A stretch of 64,000 nucleotides of DNA from an uncultured Gemmatimonadaceae bacterium (lineage in GTDB: Bacteria > Gemmatimonadota > Gemmatimonadetes > Gemmatimonadales > Gemmatimonadaceae). The notes below the pieces were generated by a model. The model was given only the letters and a program-made list of their open reading frames with translations, had not been told where the DNA came from and searched no databases. Location: positions 640,001 through 704,000 of the forward strand of contig CAWHHI010000004.1 of NCBI GenBank assembly GCA_963829055.1. Direction: 5' to 3'. The translations under genes were made by a program, and so were the position numbers. Shown in pieces: positions 23,788 through 34,977 of this stretch; the stretch's first letter is position 1, and each line of letters starts with the position of its first letter.

Positions 23788-24753
23788 TTGCGAGACCACG
23801 CCATATTCGGCGGCTGTCTCCGATCGGAGATTCCGCTCCCCGAACTCCCGCCCATTGACGCCGCCGAGCCTGACTGGTTCTTCCATCGCGCGTCGACGCT
23901 CGTCCCGGCGTTGCAGTACCTCGGTGACGACCCGTCGACGCCACCCTGCGGGTTCGGTGCAGCACAATCGCGTGACGGCTTTCGGTTCGATTTCGACGAC
24001 ACCGGAATCTTCGACATCACCAGCGGCGGCCGCGACATCGCCTGGACTGCCCGGCAGGCATCCGCCCTCGAGCTAGTGCGCGCCGATCTCGTTAGGCGGC
24101 GTGTTCTCGGTGGCGCTTCATCTGCAGGGCCTTCTCTGTCTGCACGGCAGCGCCGTCGCGGTCGCCGACTACGGCTGTCGGGTTCCTCGCCAACAAAGGG
24201 GCGGGCAAGTCGACGCTCGCGACCGCCCTCTGCGCTGCAGGCGGAACGCTGATCACCGACGACATGCTTCCAGTCGACCCGAAGGCGCCTGTGATGGCGT
24301 GGCCATCAATGCCCGCCGTGCGTCTTCTTCACGACTCGGCGTCGCACCTTCGTTACGCCAGCGGGTCGACGCATCCGGTGACGAACAAATACCACGTGAA
24401 CGAGCTTCCGTCGCACCAGGTCGAACGGCGTCGTCTTCGCGTTGGCGCCATCTACGAGCTCGCGCCGGTGCCTGCGGGTGCTGGGGTGCCGCCCGTGGAA
24501 CGTATTCGGGTGACGGGCACTGCGGCCGTTGGCACGCTGCTGCGTCATCATCGCGCGGGAACGCCATCGGCAAGGCGGAGACGATGAACCTGTTCCTGCG
24601 CGCCAGCGACATCGTTCGCGCGGTGCCCGTGTACCGTCTCCAGGTCGCGCGGGATTTCGATCGCTTGCCCGACGTCGTGGATCAGATCCGGCAGTGGCAT
24701 TCCGCAGCGCATCTCTGTCGACGCCGCTGGATCGCACACGACGGTCACCGTGA
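23788..24753 (+). CDS. HPr-kinase-like P-loop kinase (lasso tailoring kinase type), frameshifted
   Basis: SEIPLPEL, LCLHGSAV, ANKGAGKSTLA, LITDDMLPV, WPSMPAVRL. Confidence 0.8.
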
Positions 24754-25809
24754 CCGCGACTGCCAGTACCGTCGCCTTCGCTGCCTCCGCCTCGACCAGC
24801 ACCAATGCCGTCGTACTCGGGGGCTGACGAAGTCGTTCACGAAGCAACGCGGCTGGCGCGCCGTGGTCAGCCGGCAAAGCGCGCGAGTCGGTGCGGGCGC
24901 TGTCGGACGTCTCCGTGCGAGATACGCGTCGGGCGAGTTCTTCGGACTGCTCGGAGAGAACGGCGCCGGGAAGACGACGCTGTTCAAGATGCTCGCGACG
25001 CTGGTCACTCCCGACGCCGGTACTGCCATCGGTCAGCGGCTTCGACATGCTCAAGTCGCCGAATCGCGTGCGTGAGGTCGCTTGCCCCAGTCATCGCCGA
25101 CGAGCGCAGTCTGCACTGGCGCCTCTCCGCGCGGGAGAACATGCGCCTCTTCGCCTCGCTGCACGACCTCCGCGGCGCGGAGGCGACCCGCCGGATCGAC
25201 GAGCTGCTGAGCCTCGTCAATCTCGTCGAGGCCGCGGATCGCCTGGTGAGTGGCTTTTCGTCCGGAATGAAGCAGCGACTGCTGGTCGCCAGAACGTTGT
25301 TCGCGCGCCCGAGCGTCCTGTTGCTCGATGAGCCCACTCGAAGTCTGGATCCGATCTCGGCCCGTTCGTTTCGACGGTTCCTCCGCGAGGACGTTGCGCT
25401 GGCGCAGGGCTGCACGGTGCTGCTCGCGACGCATAACGCGGAAGAGGCATTCGAGCTCTGCGATCGTGTCGGGGTTCTGCATCGCGGCAATCTCGTCGCC
25501 GTCGGACAGACCTCGGAGCTCGCCCGCGAGGTCGGCGAGGACCGGTTCGCGCTCTGGATTCGCCCGGCTGATCAATCCGCGATCGATGCGCTCGTGGCCC
25601 GCGGCGTGATCAGGGACGCGAAAGCGTTCGGCGAGGCCGAGGAAGGGTGGTCGCGCATCGAGTGCGATTTGCGCGGTGGACTGGACGGTGCCGCCGAGGC
25701 GATCGCGTTTCTCGCAAGGCGGGAGTGAGCGTCGCGACGGTGTGAGCCCGTGAAGCTGTCCCTCGCGGATCTTCTCGAGCGCGTGCTGGCGCGCCACGTC
25801 AATGCATAA
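24750..25809 (+). CDS. ABC transporter ATP-binding protein, frameshifted
   Basis: GENGAGKTT, FSSGMKQRL, LLLDEPT, LATHN. Confidence 0.9.
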
Positions 25810-26610
25810 AGTCTGGGCGCTCATTCGCTCGAACTGGCTCGCCGCGACCAGCTACAAGCTGGGCTTCGTCTTCTCGTTCGGGTCGCTCGATTCTGAGCGT
25901 GTGCCGATCTTCTTCATCACGCGGCGCGCTCCAGACGACCATGGCGGACGTGATCCGCGGACAGGGCGATCAGTACTTCGCGTTCCTGGTCGTCGGCCTG
26001 ATCGCGTTCAACGTCGTTTCGTCGACGGTCTACGCGTTGCCCGGCGGACTGCAGACCGCGACATCGACCGGGACGCTCGAGGCGCTGCTCGCCACGCCGA
26101 CGTCGGTCACGGCGTTGCTCCCGGTCTGTCCGGCTACGAGGTGCTGCTCTCGGTGCTGCGCGAGCTGCGTCATGCTCGTCGCCGCCGGCTGTCTCGGAGC
26201 GCGTGTCGCGTGGCTGCAACTCGGCGCGAGCTTGCCGATCGTCGCGCTCATCGTGCTCGCGCACCTGCCGATCGCCATCATCACCGCCGGCGATGGTGCT
26301 CGCGTTCCGGACCCGCGGGCCACTGCCGCAGCTCGTGCTGCTGGCGTCGACGTTTCTCGGAGGCGTGTACTACCCGACGACGGTGACGGATTCCGGGCCG
26401 GATCAAGGTCGATTTCCGCGTTCCTCCCGCTGACGTACGGCCTCACGGCGCTGCGCGCGGTGCTGCTGGAAGGGAGACTCGATCGCCACCGTCTGGCGCG
26501 AGCTCTCGATTCTGCTCGCGTTCACGGTGGTCGCGCTCGTCGCCAGCGCCATCGGCGTTCCGGGCCGCGCTCCGCTACGCGCGCAGGTCGGGAACCTGGC
26601 GCAGTACTGA
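25802..26610 (+). CDS. ABC-2 type permease, frameshifted
   Basis: Hydrophobic; YFAFLVVG, GTLEALLATP, LGGVYYP, FLPLTYGLTALR. Confidence 0.85.
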
Positions 26611-26626
26611 GCCGGTGCCGGCCGGC

Positions 26627-28555
26627 CTAACGCGGCGGCTCACGTCGACGACTCTCGGCGGTCCGACGCCGCGGCCGGGATCGAAGAGCGGCTTCTCCAC
26701 CTCGGCGAACGGCGCGCGCACCAGCATGATGCGATCGAGCATGACGCCGTCGTGGTGCATCCAGACGTTGAGCACGTGCGGTCCCGGCTCCACGATGTTC
26801 AGCACCGCGAGCGTGGTGTCCGTCATCTGGAATTGAACATCCCACTCGAACGCGTCACGCGCCCAGCCCCACTGCGCCTACCGGAAACCGACCGAGTCGA
26901 TCGGCGAGCCGCACCTCTTCGTTGTCGAGCCCGACGTGAATGCTGCGACTGGCGCTATCGGGCGCCTGCTCCGCGAGCGTACACGACGTAGGTTCCGGGC
27001 TGGTCGAATCCAGATGTTGTATCGGAGCTCTGGCGCGTTCGCTCGAAACTCGCCGGCTCGCACGATCGTGCCGCGCTCTGGGACCGGCCACGACGTAGCC
27101 GTCGCCGGAGAATCCTGCGAGGTCTCGCGCGACGGTCCAGCTCTGCCCGTCGCGCGGCGTGTTGCTCACGAAGTGCTCGGCCTCGATGGTCGACGCGGCC
27201 ACCGTCCTCGACGAACTGTCCCTCGGCGGCAATGACGTTGACCCGCACACCTCGCGGGCCGGCTCGCCGACGTACTCGTGCGTCACCGTGAGCTCGAACG
27301 CGTGAGTCGGCGACGGTCAGTCGCAACGAACGATGCCGTCGCGCCGGTGTCCGACTGTCAGCCGAACGCGCGGCCCGTCCACCTGCCGCCATCGGTACCG
27401 GAGCGCCTGGCCCGCGTGCCGCATAGCTCGCCTCCCGTCGAGCGTGACCGTGTCGCCAACGACGTGCGTCGACGTGAATCCCGGGTGCGCGATGGGCGTC
27501 TCGTTCGCGTCGGCGCGCTCGAGCAAGCCGACGCGCGTTGCCGTGGTAGTACTTCGCCATCACGCTGTCCGGCAGCGGCCACTTCTCGGTGAACGGAAGG
27601 AACATGTCCAGCCGCTGGCGATACGACTTGAGCCAGCGGAACGTGTTCTCCATGTAGTCGGTGCCGAACATGACCTGGTCCTGATATCGATCGAAGAACG
27701 ACAGCTCCGCCGAGTCGAGCGTCGCGAACTCGACCTTCGGCTGATGGGCGCCACCCTCCGTGTACATGTTCGGGTACTTCTCGAGCATCTCTTCGAGGTA
27801 GGTGCGATCGCCGGCGGCGCCCGCCCAGTGCGCCGCGATCAGCTGGAGGCGCGGGTGCTTGCGCAGCACGCGCTCGCGCTGGAGCATGAGCGATCTCCCA
27901 GCGCACGGTCTCGGTTTGCCCCGTTAGGCGCCTGATGCTCGCCCTTGTACGCGCCGCCCAGGTGCACGAGCACCGGGACGCCCAGCCGCTCGGCGGTACT
28001 CCACAGCGGGTCGTACGCCGGGCGTGTCGAACGGGACGAGCGTTCCCGCTGTGTCGCGCGTCCAGTAGTTGACCGTTACCGGCGCCCGCCTGGTCCTTGA
28101 TCTTGAGGCCCGACGGCGCCGCGGCGCACGGCGTCCTCGAGCAGGCCGGCGACCCAGGTCGGGTAGTCGGCCGCTCGCTTCCGACGAAGACGTCGTTCGC
28201 GTCGTCGATCGGCACGTTGGCGAACAGCTTGAACCGAGCGGTGTCGGGGTACAGCGCGATCCGCTCGGCTCACGCGATCGCCGAAAATGCCATTTTCGAG
28301 CGAATTGTCCGGCGCCTTGAAGTCGACGACGAGCTCCACGTGCATCTCGTTCATCGTGCGCGTGAGCTCGTCGAAGTTCGGGCGCTTTCCCGGCCACGTC
28401 TCGACGCCGCCGAGGTGCGTGTGAATGTCGATGATGGAGAATCGCGGCGGCGGTGCGTGCGGCGGTGCGGCATCGCGGCATCCGCCGAACACGATGCGAG
28501 CAGGCAAGCCGCCGCCGTCACGGCCGGCCTAACGCGGACCGTCCGGCGCGCTCAT
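26627..28555 (-). CDS. Probable lipoprotein: amidohydrolase_2 domain, PKD-like domain and carbohydrate-binding-like C-terminus, frameshifted
   Basis: CLLASC lipobox-like; IIDIHTH, GLKIK, AAHWAG, VMFGTDY; TVTLDG, YRWRQVDGP; IEAEHF, GFSGDGY, DGVMLDRIML. Confidence 0.65.
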
Positions 28556-30097
28556 CGCGGACGCGCCGACGCCGGAGCCTGCCACGGCCGAAGTATCCAG
28601 CGGCGTTCGTCGGGGCGAAGACACAGGAAGCGCGATACCGCACGCGACGAGGTAGGCCGCCGCCCTCCACGCGATCGCGGGCCCGCCGGCGTGCGGCACC
28701 CACCATCCGCGCGGCCGCGGTTGCGACAAGCGCGAGTGCAGCAGCGGCCCGAGCGGTAGCGAAGAGCTCGGCGAGCGCCGTGCCTACGCAGCAACCGTGT
28801 CGCCGTCGCCAGGAGGATCACCGAGTTGCCCGACGAGAAACGCGATGCCGACGCCCATGCCACCCATGCCTGCGACGAGCCAGCGCGCGAGCGCGATCGT
28901 GAGCAATTGGCCGCTGACCGTGCATGACGAGAAATCCGGAAATGTCATCGAACCCGATCAGGAGCGCCTGATAGACGCCCGCAATCGAGCAGCACTGCTT
29001 CCGCCAGCACGAACACGGTCACGAGCGGACATCGCGTCCAGCGAACTCTGGCCGAGTACAGCAGCGTGAGCCACTGCGCCGGGAACAGCACGAACACCAG
29101 CGTCGACAGCACCACGAGCACGATCAGAATGCGCAGGTACTCCGCGACCGCCGCGATGCGTTCGGTCTTCGGAGTAGTGCGGTTGACGAGCGGCGTCAGA
29201 TACAAGCCCGTTCGCCTGGTTCAAGCACGAGCCGTATCGACACTCCGATGCCGTACGCGGCCGCGACGAATCCGGCCTCGATGGCGCCGTGCGTCGACAG
29301 CAGCATCGATCGCGCGAGGAGGTACGCGAACGGAGACGTCAGCGCGAGCACGTACATCGACGCCGCGAACGTCGTGAGTCCGGGTTGCGAACGCAGCGCA
29401 CGGACCGCCGACGCCGTGCTCAGGTTCGTCGATAGTCCGAGGCCGAGCGATCGCCCGAGGTACCACTGCATGCCCGACGATCGTGATGACGAGCACGATC
29501 GCGTTGGCGACGTACAGCCCGACGAGTCCATCGCTCCGCACCCCGATGGCCGCGCCGCCAACGGTCAGGACGGCGCCCAGGAACGCCGCGATCGCCGATT
29601 CGCGGTGACGTTCGAGCGCGGCCATCGCATTGCGAAGCAACGGTGCGATCGCGAATGGCGGGCACTCCCATCAGTGCCACCATCAAGGCGGATCGGTATC
29701 GCAGCGAGCCCCTCTCCGAAAAACGACGGCCACGCGCTGGCGATGCCGGTACCGATCGCCGCTGCCACGATGGAGGCGAGCACGAGCAGCATAACGAGTG
29801 CGTCGTAGATGCTGCGCGTCTCCTCCGCGCCACCATCGCGGGCTCGCGCAAGGAACTTGAGACCGACGAACGGAATGCTGAGCGATCCGAGCTGCGCGAC
29901 GAGCGACACCACCTGATCGATGACGCTCGCGACGCCCACGCCGGCGGGCCCGAGGAGCACAGCGAGCACCTTCGTGCGCGCGAGCCCGGCCAGCATGGTG
30001 AACGCCTGAATGCCACCAAGCGCGACGAATCGCCTGGAGGGGGCGGAATGACAGGCGTCGGAACCGGATCAACCGCCTGGGGCGCGCTTACCCCCAT
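28552..30097 (-). CDS. wzx: Wzx-type oligosaccharide flippase, frameshifted
   Basis: GLARTKVLAVLLGPAGVG is a WzxE-like opening; about 12 hydrophobic segments. Confidence 0.75.
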
Positions 30098-31350
30098 AAG
30101 TGCGCGAGCCCGCGCTCTCGCACATGATCTTCGATGTCGCCGATGAAGCGATCCGCGAACGCGTCCGGTGAGAACTGACGAAACTGGGCCGACGCGAGGT
30201 AGTCACGTCCGGCGACGCGCAGTCGTTCGTACTCCGCGTCGCTGATCGAGTCGAGGTAGCGCTGCATCTCGTGGTAGTCGGCGAAGCGCCGCGCATCGAT
30301 GTAGCAATTCGGGTCCACGGCCTCGCCGATGTCTGGTGCGCCAAGGTAGATCGGCACGACTCCGGCATACAGGCAGTCGAACAGCTTCTCCGTGATCCAG
30401 CCGTCGAGAATCATGTTCTCGTAGCAGATCGCGAATCGATAGCGGCTCATCGCCTCGTGCTTGTCATCGACGGGACCGCGCCACGTCTGCCGTACCGCGT
30501 CGCCGAACTCGGCCTCCATTTCGCCGAGCCCATTCTCCCACAGGCGGCCCCAGAGATCGATGCCGCCATTCGCCGCGAAATGTTTGAGCGCGCGGAGCCG
30601 CTCGGTGTACAACTCTCCCGCCGCGAGCACCGCCCGCTTGTTGCTGTTCACGATGATGATGCCGCGCCGATCACGGCGGCTCCAGTGCGGCTCGATCGTG
30701 TGGTCGAACGGCATCGGGATCCGGAACGGGCGCAGCGTCGGCACGTTAGGCACGAACGGGCGCAGCTGGTCGGCGGTCGTCCACGAGTAGATCGTCCGGA
30801 AATGGTGGGCGAGCTCCGGCGTCGCTTCGTACATGGCAGGATCGACGACGACGACCTCGAAAAGATAGAACGCGTTGATCAGCACGTCGTCGCGCTTGAG
30901 CAGCGACTGGTACCCGTCGTGGACGCCGAACGACACATACACGTTGGCGCCGGTGCGTGCGGTGGATGACTTGCTCGCGTCTGCGAGATAGTCCGCGGTA
31001 TCGATCGTCACGCCATGCGACGCGAGGCGCTCTCTCAGGCGAAGCCACGGGCAGCAGCGCACCGTCGCGATTGAACCGTGAGTGCGGATCGAACAGCTGA
31101 TTGCCGTAGAAATGCCGCGTGAATGGGTCGAGAAATACGCGGATGCGGGAGAGCGTCCATTCGCGCGCGGCGCGGTCGTACTCGCACCCGCTGTGTCGCC
31201 GTTGGCGGTTGCGCCGTTCACCGCAAGAGTCGCCGAGCGACTGTGCAGCGGACGTCGACGGCGGAGCGAGATCGCCGGGAGGGAAGCGGCGGAAGCGCGC
31301 AAAATGGACGAGCCGGCGCGCTGTCCTGTTCGTGCCACTCGCCGCGGCAA
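30088..31350 (-). CDS. Glycosyltransferase family 10 (alpha-1,3-fucosyltransferase-like); start likely near 31220
   Basis: YRFAICYENMILDGWITEKLFDCLYAGVVPIYLG GT10 motif. Confidence 0.88.
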   Translation of the reverse strand: MPRRVARTGQRAGSSILRASAASLPAISLRRRRPLHSRSATLAVNGATANGDTAGASTTAPRANGRSPASAYFSTHSRGISTAISCSIRTHGSIATVRCCPWLRLRERLASHGVTIDTADYLADASKSSTARTGANVYVSFGVHDGYQSLLKRDDVLINAFYLFEVVVVDPAMYEATPELAHHFRTIYSWTTADQLRPFVPNVPTLRPFRIPMPFDHTIEPHWSRRDRRGIIIVNSNKRAVLAAGELYTERLRALKHFAANGGIDLWGRLWENGLGEMEAEFGDAVRQTWRGPVDDKHEAMSRYRFAICYENMILDGWITEKLFDCLYAGVVPIYLGAPDIGEAVDPNCYIDARRFADYHEMQRYLDSISDAEYERLRVAGRDYLASAQFRQFSPDAFADRFIGDIEDHVRERGLAHLWG

Positions 31351-32305
31351 CCCGCACGAGCGTGCGGAGCGCGAGCACTCGCGCGACCTGCCCTCGACGC
31401 GACGAGCGAAGCAACGGTCGCACGAACGAGCTGTTGAGCAGCGCGAGCGCCTTTGAGCCGGTCGCCTAGCACGTACGCGTTCGCCGCGCGCTCTGCCTCA
31501 TCGCGCACGCGCCAGACGCGATAGCGACGTCAGCGCCTCGGCGCTGACGAGCGCACGGATGCCGGGGCGGGACAGATGCCGGTCCATCGCCGCGAAATAC
31601 ATCTCCGGTTCCGTGCGCATGCGCTCGTACTGCTTGGACCACTGCGCCGTGTAGTGGCGGTATCCCATCAGGTACTCGTGAACGAGACCGATACGCCACT
31701 CGATCGACAATCGCGTCCACATGTCGAGGTCCGCCGCAATGCCGAAGCGCGACTGATCGAACCCGCCGACCGAGTCGAACGCCGCGCGTCTGAACATCAC
31801 CGACGGCGTGCGCAGAAACGTGTTCTTGTGACGCAGCAGGCTCTCGGCGAGGAGCGCAGCGTCGAACAGGCGCGTGTCACGCAGCTCTGGCGGTAGCTGC
31901 AGTCGGCCGTACTCCCGCCCGGACTCATCGATGAATCGGTCGAGGCAGAACACCGCGCCAGCGTCCTGGTGTTCGAGCAGGAACGCCAGCTCGCGTTCGA
32001 CGATCCTCGAATCGTAGACGTCGTCCGCGTGATAGATCGCGACGTATTCGCCACGACTCTCGCCGCACGGCGCGGTTCATCGCTCCATACCCGCCGAGCG
32101 TCTGCTCGTTGCGCAGATAGCGCACGCGCGGGTCTCCTGTGCCTTGGGCGATCCTCGGCGTCGCGTCGGTCGAGGCATCGTCGCACACGATCACTTCGAT
32201 CGCGTTATGCGACTGCGCGCATACCGATGCGAGCGCCTCCGCGAGGAAGCGCTCGGCGTTATAGGCCGGGACGACGATCGAGACGAGCGGAGAAGTTGGG
32301 GTCAT
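31218..32305 (-). CDS. Glycosyltransferase family 2, frameshifted
   Basis: LVSIVVPAYNAERFL, VCDDASTD, YHADDVY, PSVMFRR, DLDMWTRL. Confidence 0.88.
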
Positions 32306-32658
32306 GCGCAGCTGTGAGCCTGACGAGCGACGGGCGGCCGCGCGCAACGGCCAGTTCCATGCCCTCGCCCGGGCTCGCTCGAAACGGCGCTATGTGACTG
32401 GGCGCACGGTCGCGAAGCAACGAATGTTACAGAGGCGCGTCGGCTGTTGCGATATCGCAACGATGTGTGCTTCGTGTGCTTCGAACCCCGGTGCCGCCAC
32501 AGCCCGGAACCGGCGTGCGAGACTGCTCAGCCGTGCACGCATCTTGCCCGCCGGGGGCCGAGTTGCAGGTCGCCGGCATGGACGAGCGGCCGCGTACATT
32601 TCTCGAAGTCCCTGCGCCCTCCGGTGCACAGGGTCGTCACCCATTGGAGCGAGCATCA

Positions 32659-33667
32659 ATGAAACGAGCGGTCGTGTGCGGAGCAGGCGGCTTCATTGCG
32701 GGCCACCTCGTCAAGCGCCTCAAGCGCGACGGTTACTGGGTCCGCGGCGTCGATATCAAGGAGCCCGACTTCGCACCCACCGCGGCGGACGAGTTCCGCC
32801 TCCTCGATCTGCGTGATATAGCCCAGTGCCGCGACGCCGTTTCGCCTGATGACGGATACCCGATCGACGAGGTCTACCAACTCGCCGCCGAGATGGGTGG
32901 AATGGGGTTCATCAGCACGGCCGAGTGCGAGATCATGCGGAACAGCGCTCTCATCAACGTCAACATGCCGCAGGCAGCCGCCGAGGCGGGCGTTCAGCGC
33001 TACTTCCTGTCATCGTCGGTGTGCGTCTACCGCGACATGGCCATAGGCGAAGCCGAGATGACGGAAGACGAGGCGTATCCGGCGCACCCGGACAATGAGT
33101 ACGGGTGGGAGAAGCTTTTCGCCGAGCGCGTCGCGCTGGCCTACGGACGCCGCTATGGCACCGCGGTTCGTGTCGCGCGATTCCAGAACTGCTACGGGCC
33201 CGAGGGCACCTGGACAGGTGGACGCGAGAAAGCACCGGCGGCGATCTGTCGCAAGGTTGCTGAGGCGGAGGACGGCGGCTTCGTTGAGGTGTGGGGGGAC
33301 GGCACGGCCGTTCGCTCGTACACCTACGTCGACGATCTCGTCGACGGGATCGTGCGGCTCATGCGGTCCGATCTCGACGTGCCCGCGAACATCGGGAGCC
33401 CCGAGTACGTGAGCGTCCGCGAGCTCGTGGAAACCGTGATCGAGTTGAGCGGCAAGCAGATCGAGGTGCGCTACGTTCCTGGCCCGGTTGGCGTTCAATC
33501 GCGGAACTTCAGCAACGCGCGGATCTACTCACTTGGCTGGCAGGCCGAGCACCACGCTCCGCGACGGCATTGGCGTCACGTACCGGTGGATCGAGCAACA
33601 GGTGCGTGATCGCCTTACCGTGGTCGGCGACAGCTCGTCGGGTGCGCCCGAAAGCGCGCGACGTTAG
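32659..33667 (+). CDS. GDP-mannose 3,5-epimerase-like extended SDR (frameshift near 33555)
   Basis: GAGGFIA, LAAEMGGMGFI, YGWEK, YGPEGTWTGGREKAPAAICRK match GME signatures. Confidence 0.82.
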
Positions 33668-33695
33668 GCAGCCGCTTCGGTCGCGAACGCTGTCG

Positions 33696-34970
33696 ATGCG
33701 AAAGCCGCGCGTGCTGGTACTCGCACGCAACTATCCCAACAACGCCTTCCCGACGCTCGGGCTCTGGACCGAGCGTCTGGTGACGGCATCGTCGGCAGTC
33801 GCGGAGCCGACGGTCGTCGCGCCTGTCCCGTATGCACCGCCGTTCGCGCCGCTCTCATCAATGCGCCGTTTTCGGTCCGTCGAGCGCGTTCGGACCGACG
33901 CTGGAATCACGGTCCATCATCCCCGCGTTCCGGCTGGGCCGGGGCAGTGGCTCCACGCGTTCGACGCGCAACTCGGGTACGCGACGCTTCGGAAGGCGAT
34001 CGTCTCGCTCCACCGCGTGCAGCCGTTCGATGTCATTCATTCACACTTCATCTACCCCGAGGGTGTGATTGCCAGCCGCATTGGCGCGGAGCTCGGCCTG
34101 CCAGTCGTGTCCTCTGAGCATGCCATGTGGCGTCCGTGGCTCGACCGCCATCCGTCTGTGCGCCGGCAGGTCCAACGTGCACTACCAGGCATCTCGCGCG
34201 TGACCGCCGTCAGTGAGGCGCTGCGTTCGAGTATCCGTGAGCTGTTCGGCGACACCGTCGCCGGTTGACGTCATCCCGAACGTGGTCGACGAGCAGATTT
34301 TCGTCCTCCCGCGAGCGGACGAAGTGCGAGACCCGAATCACCTGCTGTTCGTTGGTCTCATTCGCCACGTGAAAGGCCTCGACGTCCTCATTCGCGCGCT
34401 CGGCCATCTCCTCCCGGAGTTCCCTGAGTTGCGCCTGTCGGTCGCGGGAGGATCCTTCTACCGGGCGTATGAGCGCGACGCGGCCGAGGTTCGCTCGTTG
34501 GTCCAGGGGCTCGGGCTTCGGGACCGCGTGGCGTTCCTCGGAGAGGTGGCACCAACAGACGTGGCGACACTGATGCGCCGCAGCGCGCTGCTGGTCGTTC
34601 CGAGTCGGCGGGAGACGTTTTCGCTGGTGACCGCAGAGGCGTTGGCGTGCGGGACGCCCGTTGTCGCGACGCGGTGTGGCGGTCCGGAAGAGATCATCAC
34701 GCCGGAGACAGGTGAGCTCGCGGATGTGGACGACGCGGCGTCGCTCGCAATCGCAGTCCAGCGAGCGCTGGGCCGCTCGTTCGACGGCCCAGGCCTGCGT
34801 CGTTATGCAGTGGACCGCTTCGGCACCGCCGCCGCCGCTCAGCGACTCGGCGTGCTGTATGGTCGCGTCGCTGGCGTCGCGCCAGCGGGCGCTGGCGCTC
34901 GCGAACCAGAACGATCGCGCGACGCTAGACGCAGCGCGCAATCACCTCGAATCGGCGACCGCCGGCGGAC
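33696..34970 (+). CDS. Glycosyltransferase family 4 (TuaC-like), frameshift near 34260
   Basis: RNYPNNAFPTLG, IHSHFIYPEG, FVGLIRHVKG, PSRRETFSLVTAEALACGTPVV. Confidence 0.85.
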
Positions 34971-34977
34971 TACCGTG

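Noticed and set aside
10685..34300. Mass pseudogenisation or programmed frameshifting of the locus
   Set aside because: Single-base indels hit nearly every gene regardless of function, catalytic motifs are intact and in-frame stops are scarce. This pattern fits low-coverage long-read error.
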